Below are positions 26,943 to 36,312 of a DNA stretch of 64,000 nt, one piece after another. The stretch's first letter is position 1. Each line of letters opens with the position of its first letter. The stretch spans positions 17,055 through 81,054 of the forward strand of contig SIRW01000090.1 in the NCBI GenBank assembly GCA_004366205.1, read 5' to 3'. Position numbers and translations under genes: made by a program. The notes beneath the pieces are model-generated. The model searched no databases, was not told the DNA's origin, and worked only from the letters and a program-made list of their open reading frames with translations. Source of the stretch: Actinomycetota bacterium. Lineage in GTDB: Bacteria > Actinomycetota > Acidimicrobiia > Acidimicrobiales > CADCSY01.

Positions 26943-28325
26943 TCACGGACCTGACAGCGAGCCGGCGGCGGCGGGCCCGGCCGAGCCCGCCGGGGCGTCC
27001 TGCAAGGGCACGCGCCCGGCCCGCCAGCCTGCCAGCACCGGCTCGACGATGCGCCAGGACTCCTCGGCCTCGTCGCCGCGGATCGACAGGATGGGGTTGC
27101 CGACGAGCACCTCGCGCAGCACGGTGGCGTAGGCGGGGAGCCCCGGATCACCGAGGTCGGTGTCGAGCTCGGCGTCGCGCAGGCTGAACGGGTCACCGGG
27201 GCCGTTGACCGTCAGCCGCAGCGCCACCCGGTCGGGGCCGAGCTGCAGGCGGAGCTCGTTCGGGTGCGGCTGCTGGTCGCAGAACGCCAGGTGGGGCACG
27301 GGCCGGAACCGCACGACGACCTCCCTGCGGTCGGCGGCGAGCGCCTTTCCGGTGCGGAGCGTGAACGGCACCCCCGCCCAGCGCCAGTTCTCGACGGTCA
27401 GCCGGACCTGGGCGAAGGTCTCGGTGCCGCGGCCGGGATCGACGCCCTCCTCCTCGACGTAGGCCGGGACGGCCCGGCCGTCGACCTCCCCGGCCGTGTA
27501 GCGCCCGCGCACGGTGCTGCGCTCGACCTCGCCGGCGTCGAGGTGCGCCACGGCACGCAGCACGTCGTACTTGCGGTCGCGCAGGTCCCGCTCGTCGAGC
27601 GTCGCCGGCGGCTCCATGGCGAGCAACGCCAGCAGCTGCAGCAGGTGGTTCTGGACCATGTCGACGAGCGCGCCGGCGCCGTCGTAGTAGGACGCCCGGC
27701 CCTCGAGGGCCAGGGTCTCGTCCCACACGACGTCGACCGCCTCGATGTGGTCGCGGTTCCAGACGGGCTCGAGGATGCGGTTCGCGAAGCGCAGGCCGAC
27801 GAGGTTCTGCACGGTCTGCTTGCCGAGGAAGTGGTCCACCCGGAACACGGCCTCCTCGGGCAGCGCCCGGTGGACCAGGGCGTTGAGCTCGCGGGCGTGG
27901 TCCTCGCTCTCGCCGAAGGGCTTCTCCACGACGAGCCGGGTGCCGGCCGGGAGCCCGGCCCGCTCGAGCGCCTCGATGGCAGGCCCGTACACCGCCGGTG
28001 GCAGGGCGAGGTAGGCGATCAGGTCGTCGCCGGCCCCGGCGAGCACCCGGGCGACGTCGTCGGGATCGGCGGCGTCGGCGGGCTCGAACGAGACGAGCTC
28101 GACGGTGGCGGCCCGCTCGTTGGGCTCGAGGTCGCCGGCGTGCCGTTCGAGGCGCTCCGCCACCCACTCGCGGTAGCGGTCGGTGTCGCTGTCCCGGCGG
28201 GCGGTGGCCACCACCCGGAAGCCGTCGGGCAGGTCGCCGGAGCGGCGGAGGTGCGCCACCGCGGGCAGGAGGAACCGGCCGGTGAGGTCGCCGTAGCCGC
28301 CGAAGATCACGAATGTGCAGGCCAT
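26943..28325 (-). CDS. zwf: Glucose-6-phosphate dehydrogenase
   Basis: GGYGDL, EKPFG, RVDHFLGK, DMVQNH and RWAGVPF motifs. Confidence 0.93.
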   Translation of the reverse strand: MACTFVIFGGYGDLTGRFLLPAVAHLRRSGDLPDGFRVVATARRDSDTDRYREWVAERLERHAGDLEPNERAATVELVSFEPADAADPDDVARVLAGAGDDLIAYLALPPAVYGPAIEALERAGLPAGTRLVVEKPFGESEDHARELNALVHRALPEEAVFRVDHFLGKQTVQNLVGLRFANRILEPVWNRDHIEAVDVVWDETLALEGRASYYDGAGALVDMVQNHLLQLLALLAMEPPATLDERDLRDRKYDVLRAVAHLDAGEVERSTVRGRYTAGEVDGRAVPAYVEEEGVDPGRGTETFAQVRLTVENWRWAGVPFTLRTGKALAADRREVVVRFRPVPHLAFCDQQPHPNELRLQLGPDRVALRLTVNGPGDPFSLRDAELDTDLGDPGLPAYATVLREVLVGNPILSIRGDEAEESWRIVEPVLAGWRAGRVPLQDAPAGSAGPAAAGSLSGP

Positions 28326-28503
28326 CGGTCGCACCGTACCCCTGGGTCGTTCGACCCACCCCGAGTGGGCCATCTGACTAGTCCGTCCCGGCGGTCGGGG
28401 AAATGGCTCAAGTGGAGGGTGGGACCGAGCCGAAGCACCTCTCGACACCACGCTCCGTGGTCACCCGACCCGACCGCAGCTCCCGCAGCACAAGGAGTCC
28501 CCG

Positions 28504-29163
28504 ATGAAGAACAAGCTCGCAGCCCTGGTCGCCGCCGCCACGCTGATCGGCCTGAGCGGCATGGCCCTCGCCGACTCCGACGACACCGACGAGCTCGACG
28601 ACCCCGACGCCACCGAGGAGATCCTCGACGACGGCGCCGGGGACGGCGGCGCCGGGGACAGCAGCGCCGGGCAGGACGGCGACGGCGGTACCGATGACGG
28701 CGGCGCCGGCGACGGCGAGGGGGACGGCGGCACCGACGACGGCGGCGACGGCGGCGCCGGGAACGAGGGCGACGACGGCGCCGGCGACACGGTCGACACC
28801 ATCGAGGGCGGCGAGGACGGCGACGGCGACGACGTGCAGAGCCTGCACGAGGGCGACCGCCCGGACAACCACGGCAAGACGGTCTCGGAGGCCGCCAGGG
28901 ACAAGGACGCCTGGCAGGAGCACGGCTGCCAGAACCACGGCGACTTCGTGTCCCACGTGGCCCGCACCGGCGAGCCCGGCTGCTCCCGCGGCAACGGCGG
29001 CGACGCCCCCGCCGATACCGGCGGCGAGACCGATGCCGACACCGGTGAGGGCGAGGTTGCCACGGCCGGCAGCGGCGGCACGCACCCCGGCAAGGGCAAC
29101 GGCGCCGGCAAGGGCAGCGGCGCCGGCAAGGGCAACGGCGCCGGCAAGGGCAACGGCCGCTGA
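28504..29163 (+). CDS. Secreted acidic Gly/Asp-rich low-complexity protein
   Basis: AAGGAG RBS; Sec signal MKNK..ALA; two NHG..VS..AR motifs; basic GKG tail. Confidence 0.8.
   Translation: MKNKLAALVAAATLIGLSGMALADSDDTDELDDPDATEEILDDGAGDGGAGDSSAGQDGDGGTDDGGAGDGEGDGGTDDGGDGGAGNEGDDGAGDTVDTIEGGEDGDGDDVQSLHEGDRPDNHGKTVSEAARDKDAWQEHGCQNHGDFVSHVARTGEPGCSRGNGGDAPADTGGETDADTGEGEVATAGSGGTHPGKGNGAGKGSGAGKGNGAGKGNGR
29088..29158 (+). repeat. 18-bp tandem repeat x4 (GKGNGA)
   Basis: cggcaagggcaacggcgc units. Confidence 0.85.
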
Positions 29164-29200
29164 GCGGCGCCGCCGGCGACCGCTGACGCCGGTCCCACCT

Positions 29201-29227
29201 CGGGCCCCCGCCGCAGGCGGGGGCCCG
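29201..29227 (+). terminator. GC-rich hairpin terminator
   Basis: CGGGCCCCCGCC-gca-GGCGGGGGCCCG, perfect 12-bp stem after the stop codon. Confidence 0.65.
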
Positions 29228-29294
29228 CCCGCGCCGGCCGCAGGACGGGGCCTGGGCTGGCCCGCTCCGGCCCTCGCCCGGTAGGAAGGCGGCC

Positions 29295-30323
29295 ATGAAG
29301 GTCGACCTGATGACGACCGGCGCCCCGCTGCGCCGCATCCAGCAGCTCGCTCGGGACGCCGAGGCGGCCGGGTTCTCGGGCCTGGTGATCACCGAGGCGG
29401 GCCGCACCGCGTACCTGTCGTGCGCCGCCGCGGCCCTCGCCGCGGATCTCGACCTGGCCACGGGCATCGCCGTGGCCTTTCCTCGCAGCCCCATGGTCAC
29501 CGCCCAGATCGCCTGGGAGCTGGCGGAGACGTCGGGCGGACGGTTCCGGTTGGGGCTCGGAACGCAGGTGCGGGCGCACGTGGAGCGCCGCTACGCCAGC
29601 ACCTTCGACCCGCCCGGGCCCCGGCTGCGCGAGTACGTCGAGGCGGTGCGGGCTGCGTTCCGGGCGTTCCGTGGCGACGAGAAGCTGGCCTTCGACGGCG
29701 AGTACTACCAGCTCTCGCTGCTGCCGAGGCAGTGGTCGCCGGGTCCCATCGACGTCGCCGACCCGCCGATCGACGTGGCCGCCGTGAACCCGTGGATGCT
29801 GCGGATGGCCGGAGCGGTCGCCGACGGCGTGCACGTGCACCCGCTCAACACCCCGACCTACCTGGAAGCCACCGTTCGGCCCGAGGTCGCCGCCGGCGCC
29901 GAGGCCGCAGGCCGATCGACGGCCGACGTGCAGCTGATCGTCCCGGCGTTCACCGCCGTGGGCGACACCGACGAGGAGCAGGCGCGCTGGTGGGAGATGG
30001 CCCGCATGCAGGTCGCGTTCTACGGCTCGACCCCCAACTACGCCTTCGTGTTCGAGCAGGTGGGCCACGAGGGCACCACCGAGCGGATCCGGGAGCGGCA
30101 AAAGGCCGGCGACCTGGCCGGCATGGCCGGCGCCGTCCCTGACGAGCTGCTCGAGCACTTCGTCGTGCGGGGCACGTGGGACGAGCTGGCGGGCCTGCTC
30201 CGCGACCGGTACCAGGGGGTGGCCGACCGGGTCGTGCTCTACTTCGCGGGCATGGCCTGGCAGGGCGAGCCGGCGAGCCTGGCCCGGTGGGGCGACGCGA
30301 TCCGCCCGCTCGTCGCCGCCTGA
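29295..30323 (+). CDS. LLM-class (putative F420-dependent) oxidoreductase, TIGR03617-like
   Basis: IAVAFPRSPM, GRFRLGLGTQVRAH, HPLNT and FYGSTPNY motifs. Confidence 0.88.
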   Translation: MKVDLMTTGAPLRRIQQLARDAEAAGFSGLVITEAGRTAYLSCAAAALAADLDLATGIAVAFPRSPMVTAQIAWELAETSGGRFRLGLGTQVRAHVERRYASTFDPPGPRLREYVEAVRAAFRAFRGDEKLAFDGEYYQLSLLPRQWSPGPIDVADPPIDVAAVNPWMLRMAGAVADGVHVHPLNTPTYLEATVRPEVAAGAEAAGRSTADVQLIVPAFTAVGDTDEEQARWWEMARMQVAFYGSTPNYAFVFEQVGHEGTTERIRERQKAGDLAGMAGAVPDELLEHFVVRGTWDELAGLLRDRYQGVADRVVLYFAGMAWQGEPASLARWGDAIRPLVAA

Positions 30324-30339
30324 GTTGGCGGGACCGGGA

Positions 30340-31020
30340 TCAGGGAGCGGTGTCGAACCGGTAGCCGGCTCCCCGGACGGTCGTGATCCCCGCGGTCCCG
30401 GCCCGGTCCAGCTTCTGCCGCAGCCGGCGAACGTGCTCGGTCACGGTGGACTCGCTCTGCCACTCCGGGGACGAGCGCCAGACCGCACGGAGGAGCTCGG
30501 CCCGGCTCCAGGACCGGCCCGGCGTACCGGCGAGCGTGGCCAGCAGGTCGAACTCCTTGGCGGTGAGCTCGACGGGCCTCCCGTCCACGGTCACCGTGCG
30601 GGCGTCGCGGTCGATCACGAGGCCCCCGTGGCGCAGCAGGCCTGCCGGCCGGTGGCGGCGCACCACCGACCGCACCCGCGCCGCCAGCTCCCGCGGCGGA
30701 AAGGGCTTCACCACGTAGTCGTCGGCGCCCAGGTCGAGACCCTCGACGCGCTCGTGCTCCTCACCCCGCGCCGTCAGCAGGATGACGGGCACCCCGTAGC
30801 GGGAGCGGATCAGGCCGAGTAGCTCGAGACCGTCGCCGTCGGGCATCACCACGTCGAGCAGCACCACGTCCGGCCGGGCGCGCTCCAGGTGCGCCCGGGC
30901 CGCGGAGGCGGTGGCCGCCTCGCTGACGTCGAAGCCCTCGAGCCGCAGGACGTCGGCGACGGTGCTGCGGACGTCGGCGCGGTCGTCCACCACGAGCACG
31001 GCGCCTCCCAGCTGCACCAT
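30340..31020 (-). CDS. OmpR-family response regulator (orphan in this window)
   Basis: VVDD, LLDVVMP, LTA, GADDY.VKPF, LTAKEFDLL and TVRGAGYRF motifs. Confidence 0.92.
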   Translation of the reverse strand: MVQLGGAVLVVDDRADVRSTVADVLRLEGFDVSEAATASAARAHLERARPDVVLLDVVMPDGDGLELLGLIRSRYGVPVILLTARGEEHERVEGLDLGADDYVVKPFPPRELAARVRSVVRRHRPAGLLRHGGLVIDRDARTVTVDGRPVELTAKEFDLLATLAGTPGRSWSRAELLRAVWRSSPEWQSESTVTEHVRRLRQKLDRAGTAGITTVRGAGYRFDTAP

Positions 31021-31031
31021 ACGGGGCGCAG

Positions 31032-31128
31032 GCTACGCCGGTGCGAGCGCCCGCCGTTGCATCGTCACAGCAGGACCGTCCCGGCCCCGCTCCCGGCAGC
31101 TACGCCGGTGCGAGCGCCCGCCGTTGCA
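31032..31128. repeat. 30-bp exact direct repeat (67-bp period)
   Basis: gctacgccggtgcgagcgcccgccgttgca at 31032-31061 and 31099-31128. Confidence 0.9.
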
Positions 31129-32017
31129 GCGTCGCGGCGATGCCGGCCGCCGCGAGCAGGGCGACGACGCCGAGCCCCGCCGCCAGCGCCGAGCCGCCCA
31201 CCGGGGCGGTGGCGACGGTCGAGCGCCGGACCCCGGCGGTCCCGCTGCGGGCAGCCGGCGGGTCGGCAGGAAGCCGCAGGGTCACGCCGCGCGCGGCGAG
31301 GGCGCCGGGCGCCGCCCGCTCCTGGGTCGCGCCCGGGTCGCTCCCAGCCCGCCCGTCCGCGGCGGGCGCCTGGGGCGGTGGTGGCATCACCGTGGCGGGC
31401 GAGGACGACGCCGCCGGCGCGGCCGGCGCCGACGAGGGGGCCGGCGCCGGCGCGGCCGACTCGAGGAAGCCCTGGGTCACGAAGTACCGGCCGTCGCTGT
31501 CGCGGACGACCCCGATGCCCACGGCGTCGAAGCGGGGGCTCAGGATGTTGGCCCGGTGGCCTTCGCTGGCCATGAGCCGGCGGTGGGCGTCGTCCACGTC
31601 GGGGTTGAGCGCCACGTTCTCGCCGAGCGAGCGGGCACCGAGGCGCTGGCGGGTCTGGGCGGTGAAGTACTCGTCGTTGTGCCAGATCGTGCCGGCGTCG
31701 GCCATGCGGGCGCTGTGCTCCTCGGCGATCACCCGCACGTCGTCGCGCCAGGCGAGCGCCGGCAGCCCGGCGGCCGCCCGGTCGCGGTTGACCAGCTCGA
31801 GCAGCCGGTCCGCCGCCTGCCGTACGACCCCCGGATCCGGCGGTTGCTCCCCCTGCCTCGCGGGCGGCGCCTCCTGCTCCTCGGGCGGCTCCTCCGGGCG
31901 GCACGAGCCCACGACCGAGGTCACCAGGTCGCACGCGTGGGCGTGCGGGGCGCCGGCCACCCCGAGGGCGGCGCCGGCCAGCATCGTCATCCCCAGGAAC
32001 CTCACGATCCGTGCCAT
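31100..32017 (-). CDS. CAP/SCP domain secreted protein with C-terminal membrane anchor
   Basis: Signal peptide; LVNRDR, HS..M, GENVA and LMASEGHRANIL motifs. Confidence 0.88.
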   Translation of the reverse strand: MARIVRFLGMTMLAGAALGVAGAPHAHACDLVTSVVGSCRPEEPPEEQEAPPARQGEQPPDPGVVRQAADRLLELVNRDRAAAGLPALAWRDDVRVIAEEHSARMADAGTIWHNDEYFTAQTRQRLGARSLGENVALNPDVDDAHRRLMASEGHRANILSPRFDAVGIGVVRDSDGRYFVTQGFLESAAPAPAPSSAPAAPAASSSPATVMPPPPQAPAADGRAGSDPGATQERAAPGALAARGVTLRLPADPPAARSGTAGVRRSTVATAPVGGSALAAGLGVVALLAAAGIAATLQRRALAPA

Positions 32018-32139
32018 GGGGACGTTCTCGACACCCTCCGTGAGCCTGGTGAGTCAACAACCGCACAACTCGCCACGGACACGTGGCCCGATCGGGTGAG
32101 GCCCGGCGCGGGTGCCGGTGGTGGCGCTAGACCGGAGGC

Positions 32140-32799
32140 ATGGACCGACCCGATCCGCAGCCCGTGCAGATCGCCGACGGTCCCGCGGTGGTGGCCGGCG
32201 ACCTCACCGTCCCGGGAGGCGCCAAAGGGCTGGTGATCTTCGCCCACGGCAGCGGCAGCAGCCGCCACAGCGGACGCAACAAGTCAGTGGCGGCGGCGCT
32301 GAACGACGCGGGCCTGGCCACGCTGCTCATGGACCTGCTCACCCGGGACGAAGAGGCGGTCGACCTGCGGACCCGCGAGCACCGCTTCGACATCCCCCTG
32401 CTCGGCCGCCGGCTGGTCGCGGCCGTGGACTGGGCGGGGACCGACGACCGCTGCCGGGATCTCGCCGTCGGCTGCTTCGGCGCAAGCACCGGCGCCGCCG
32501 CCGCGCTCATCGCCGCGGCCGAGCGGCCCGAGGTGGTCAGGGCCGTCGTCTCGCGCGGCGGCCGCCCCGACCTGGCCGGTGGTGCCCTGGCCGCCGTGCG
32601 CTGCCCCACCCTCCTCATCGTCGGCGGGGAGGACCGTGTCGTGCTGGACCTGAACCGGCAGGCGGCCGCGCACCTGAGGGCGCCGGTCGTGGTGGAGGTC
32701 GTACCGGGAGCCGGGCACCTCTTCGAGGAGCCGGGAGCGCTCGATCAGGTCGCGATGCTGACCGCCGCCTGGTTCACCCGCCACCTGGACAGCGGGTGA
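32140..32799 (+). CDS. Dienelactone hydrolase-family alpha/beta hydrolase
   Basis: FAHGSGSSRHS, GASTG, SRGGRPDL and HLFEE motifs. Confidence 0.88.
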   Translation: MDRPDPQPVQIADGPAVVAGDLTVPGGAKGLVIFAHGSGSSRHSGRNKSVAAALNDAGLATLLMDLLTRDEEAVDLRTREHRFDIPLLGRRLVAAVDWAGTDDRCRDLAVGCFGASTGAAAALIAAAERPEVVRAVVSRGGRPDLAGGALAAVRCPTLLIVGGEDRVVLDLNRQAAAHLRAPVVVEVVPGAGHLFEEPGALDQVAMLTAAWFTRHLDSG

Positions 32800-33003
32800 G
32801 CAGGCCCGGGGCTCAGGTCGCGGGCAGCAGCGGGTCCGGGTCGCCGGCTTCGACGTCGTGAGGCTCGTGCCAGCGGATGACGGCACCCAGGCGCCGGAAC
32901 GTCGCCAGGACCCCAGGGCGCGCGGAGCGCGCGTGCGGCGTGCGCATGACCGACACCTTCCCACATCCAGGACCGGGCAACCGCGCAGAAGGCGTGAAAG
33001 CGG

Positions 33004-33489
33004 TCACCCCGTGCGGTGCTCGTCGGGGCCGCCGTCCAGGTTCGTGCTGCCCTCCCGCAGCACGAACGAGATGCGCCCCTCCGCCTCCAGCACGCCGTAG
33101 GCGACGTCGGCCAGGTCGGCGATGCCGTGCTCCCGGGCGCTGCCGAGCAGGTCGTCGACCGAGATCCGCTCGCGCCGCAGCGCCGCGTCGTTCACCCGGC
33201 CGTCGTGCACCAGCACCACCGGGGTGCCCTCGATGCCCCGCCGCAGGAACCTCGAGCGCAGCGCCAGCCACGAGAACAGAAGCACCCACAGCACGATCGT
33301 CGACACGGCCAGCACGGCGCCCGTCGCCGAGCTGTCGTCGAGGGTGACGGCGCTCTCGATCAGGTCGCCGAGCACCACGAGCAGCAGCAGCTCGAAGGCG
33401 CTCATCTCCGAGAGCGTCCGCTTGCCCATGGCCCGGGTCACACCCCAGAGCAGCAGGAACAGCACGCTGGCCCGGATCACGATCTCCAC
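33004..33489 (-). CDS. DUF421/YetF family membrane protein
   Basis: GKRTLSEMSAFE, EGTP..LV.DG and LE..GRIS motifs. Confidence 0.88.
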   Translation of the reverse strand: MEIVIRASVLFLLLWGVTRAMGKRTLSEMSAFELLLLVVLGDLIESAVTLDDSSATGAVLAVSTIVLWVLLFSWLALRSRFLRRGIEGTPVVLVHDGRVNDAALRRERISVDDLLGSAREHGIADLADVAYGVLEAEGRISFVLREGSTNLDGGPDEHRTG

Positions 33490-33499
33490 GGGACCCTCC

Positions 33500-34015
33500 T
33501 CACGGCAGCACCCACGTCGCCAGCTCCAGCTCGACCTGCCCGCCCGCGGCGTCGGCGACGGTGACCGTCGCCCGCTGACGGCCCGCGGCGCCCGGCGCCG
33601 CTCGCAGCCCGATGCGCACCCGGGCCTGCTCACCGGTAACGGCGAAGTGCCACCGCACGAGGTCGCCGTCGACCTGCTCGGCCGCAGGCGCAGGCACGGG
33701 ATCGACACCGGTGAACGAGCCCAGGTACCCGGCGGGCAGGGCGACGGTGAGCCGACCACCCAGGCCGCCGCGGCGGCGGGCCGAGACCTCGATCGAGGCA
33801 TCCATGCTTCCCCGGGTCACCGACGCGTGGGTGACGGCGACCTCGAGGCCGGCGCCGGCCGCCCGCACCTCGTGGCGCCGCACGCCGAGGGTGCCGGTGG
33901 CGCCAGCGGCGACGAAGACCGCCAGCAGCACGACAGCGGCGCGCCGGACGAGGACCGTGCGGGTCCGGACGGTGTGCGCCGCGCCGTCCGGCGCGGTCGG
34001 TGTGCTCGGCGGCAC
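33500..34015 (-). CDS. Hypothetical membrane-anchored protein (partner of the DUF421 gene)
   Basis: One TM helix then a beta-rich domain; 10 bp upstream of the DUF421 gene. Confidence 0.65.
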   Translation of the reverse strand: MPPSTPTAPDGAAHTVRTRTVLVRRAAVVLLAVFVAAGATGTLGVRRHEVRAAGAGLEVAVTHASVTRGSMDASIEVSARRRGGLGGRLTVALPAGYLGSFTGVDPVPAPAAEQVDGDLVRWHFAVTGEQARVRIGLRAAPGAAGRQRATVTVADAAGGQVELELATWVLP

Positions 34016-34058
34016 GGCGGAACCATTCCCCCGCGCGGACGCGGGCAACCCCTGGGCC

Positions 34059-34532
34059 TCAGCGCCGGTAGACGAGCGCCCGCCACTCGCCGGTGAGCGG
34101 CAGGGGGCTCAGCAGCTCACCGGACCGGAGGAGCCAGTCGAGCGTGTCCGCGTGCGGCGTGTCGGGCGGCGCGGCGACGATGAGGCCGTGCCGGGGGCTG
34201 TCCTGGAGCACGGCCCAGCGCCCCGGCAGCGGGTGGGACCGCTCGGCGAGCAGGGCGGCGGCTCGCGATCCCGCCCCGTGCTGGATGCCGAGGGCCACGT
34301 GCTCGACCCCCTTGCGGGTGCGCTCGTGGGGCATCCAGGTGCACACCGGAACCGACGGCCCCCGGCCCGAGAACACGCCGAGGGTGCGGTCGTCGGGCGG
34401 AGCGAGCTCGGCGGGCAACCCCGGTTGCAGGTTCAGCCAGCCGCGGGTGGCGGCCACCTCGGCCATGGCGACGAGCACGTCGGTGCGCTCGTCGTGCCAG
34501 AAGGTGATGACCTCCGGCGGCCGGCGGCGCAT
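34059..34532 (-). CDS. Hypothetical protein
   Basis: TGATG coupling to DoxX; Trp-rich, globular-looking sequence. Confidence 0.7.
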   Translation of the reverse strand: MRRRPPEVITFWHDERTDVLVAMAEVAATRGWLNLQPGLPAELAPPDDRTLGVFSGRGPSVPVCTWMPHERTRKGVEHVALGIQHGAGSRAAALLAERSHPLPGRWAVLQDSPRHGLIVAAPPDTPHADTLDWLLRSGELLSPLPLTGEWRALVYRR

Positions 34533-35044
34533 CACGAGCTCCGGCCCGGCCGCCAGCACGCGCCGAGCAGGAAGGCGGCGCCCCCGCCGCCCGCCCCGGC
34601 GGCGATGGCGAGACCGGTCCAGCCGGCGAGCCCGTCGAGGCCGAGGAGGTGGTCGAGGCTGATCCGCCCCGCGCCGAGCGCGCCGAGGGCGACGCCCAGC
34701 ACGGTGAGCACCATGACGTACTCCCAGCCCTCGCCGGGCCGGAAGATGAAGAACCCGTTGCCGCGGTGGTTGATGATCCAAGCGACGAGCATGACCCCGA
34801 CGACGGCTGCTGCGGCCAGCGGGGTCAGCAGGCCGGCAAGCAGCAGGGCGCCGGCGGCCAGCTCGGTGACGCTGGCGAGCCAGGCGTGCAGGCGGGCCGG
34901 CCGCATCCCCAGGCTGGCGAACCACCCGGCGGTGCCGTCGATGCGCCCGCCTCCGAAGATGTGGTTCCAGCCGTGGGCGATCATGACGGCACCGACCGCC
35001 AGTCGGAGCAGCAGCAGGGCGAGGTCGGTGGCGCCGGGGTCCAC
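34532..35044 (-). CDS. DoxX family membrane protein
   Basis: LRLAVG.VM.AHG, TEL..G and GWEY motifs. Confidence 0.9.
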   Translation of the reverse strand: MDPGATDLALLLLRLAVGAVMIAHGWNHIFGGGRIDGTAGWFASLGMRPARLHAWLASVTELAAGALLLAGLLTPLAAAAVVGVMLVAWIINHRGNGFFIFRPGEGWEYVMVLTVLGVALGALGAGRISLDHLLGLDGLAGWTGLAIAAGAGGGGAAFLLGACWRPGRSS

Positions 35045-35109
35045 GGTTCCATCATCGCAGCCGCGCCCGGCCGCCACGGTCGGGGATCCCACCCCTCGAC
35101 CCTTGACCG

Positions 35110-35231
35110 TTCTCGAGGCTCAGCGCACCGGAACCCGGCGCGCTCAGCCTCGAGTTCGCGCCGCCCGGGGTTCTCGAGGCTCAGCGCACCGGAACCCGGC
35201 GCGCTCAGCCTCGAGTTCGCGCCGCCCGGGG
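35110..35231. repeat. 61-bp palindromic (REP-like) unit in exact tandem x2
   Basis: ttCTCGAGGCTcagcgcaccggaacccggcgcgctcAGCCTCGAGttcgcgccgcccgggg twice. Confidence 0.9.
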
Positions 35232-35237
35232 CGGCGG

Positions 35238-35603
35238 TCAGCGGGGGCGGGCGCGGAAGCGGTCGAGCTGGCGGCGCTCCCGCTTGGTCGGCCGGCCGGT
35301 GCCGCGGGCCCGCACGAACGCCGGGGGCGCATCGTCCCGCACGACCGGCGGGCTGTGATCCCGGTAGCAGGCCAGGGCCCGCGGTGCGCCGACCCGCTTG
35401 TCGATGGCGTCGAGCACCTCGAGCACCCGGGTGCGCCCGGGGACGGTCGCCTCCACCCGGTCGCCGACCCGGACGGTCGTCGCCGGCTTGGCGGGCGCGC
35501 CGTTGACGCGCACGTGGCCGCCCCGGCATGCGCCCGTCGCGGCCGAGCGGGTCTTGTAGATCCGCACCGCCCAGAGCCACCGGTCGACGCGCGCCTCGGC
35601 CAC
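35238..35603 (-). CDS. S4 RNA-binding protein, Hsp15/HslR-like
   Basis: RVDRWLWAVRIYKTRS..GRPTKRERR motif. Confidence 0.9.
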   Translation of the reverse strand: MAEARVDRWLWAVRIYKTRSAATGACRGGHVRVNGAPAKPATTVRVGDRVEATVPGRTRVLEVLDAIDKRVGAPRALACYRDHSPPVVRDDAPPAFVRARGTGRPTKRERRQLDRFRARPR

Positions 35604-35639
35604 GCTCCATCGTCGCGCGCCGTCGTAGGCTCGGTGCCC

Positions 35640-35909
35640 ATGTGCCGGAACATCACGACGCTCCGAGGGCTCGAGCCGCCCGCCACCAGCGAGGAGATCG
35701 AGGCGGCCGCCCGGCAGTACGTCCGGAAGGTGAGCGGCGTGGCCAAGCCCTCGGGGGCGACCGGCGAGGCGTTCGAGCTCGCGGTGCGGCGCATCGCCGC
35801 CGCCACCACCGATCTGCTCGACACGCTGCCCGCCCGGCGCCAGCCTCGCAGGACGCTCCCCCCGCTGCGGCGCCCCGAGGTGCGCGCCCGGCTCGACCTC
35901 GACCGCTGA
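35640..35909 (+). CDS. DUF2277 family protein
   Basis: MCRNITTLRGLEPPAT.EEI.AAA.QYVRKVSG motif. Confidence 0.88.
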   Translation: MCRNITTLRGLEPPATSEEIEAAARQYVRKVSGVAKPSGATGEAFELAVRRIAAATTDLLDTLPARRQPRRTLPPLRRPEVRARLDLDR

Positions 35910-36014
35910 CCGGCGCCACGACCCACGTGATCGGCGGGCCGGCCGGGCGTCACCCGGCATGCGGCACCGCGGGTTCGGGTACCTCCGCCGGTAGCGTCCA
36001 CCGGGAGGATCCGC

Positions 36015-36293
36015 ATGCGCGCCGAGGTACAGCACAACGTCGAGGCGTCCCGCTACGAGCTGGTCCACGACGGCCGGGTCGTCGGCGTCGCCGACTACCG
36101 CGTGCGGGACGGCGCCGTGGTGTTCCCCCACACCGAGGTCGATCCCGCCCTCCGGGGGCAAGGCCTCGCCGCCCAGCTCGTGCGCCACGCCCTCGACGAC
36201 GTCCGGAGCACGGGCCGGCGCGTCGTGCCCTCGTGCTGGTACGTGGCCCGGTTCATCGACGACAACCCCGAGTACGCCGACCTCGTCGCCTGA
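36015..36293 (+). CDS. Small GNAT acetyltransferase (YjdJ-like)
   Basis: HTEVDP.LRGQGLA..VPSCWYV motif. Confidence 0.9.
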   Translation: MRAEVQHNVEASRYELVHDGRVVGVADYRVRDGAVVFPHTEVDPALRGQGLAAQLVRHALDDVRSTGRRVVPSCWYVARFIDDNPEYADLVA

Positions 36294-36312
36294 AGGCGAC
36301 CCGCCCCGCGGA

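Noticed and set aside
28408-28435. FliA/WhiG-type promoter TCAAG...GCCGAA
   Set aside because: Spacing and -10 match are too loose to support
35110-35231. CRISPR array
   Set aside because: Only two fully identical units with no spacer, and no cas genes in the window
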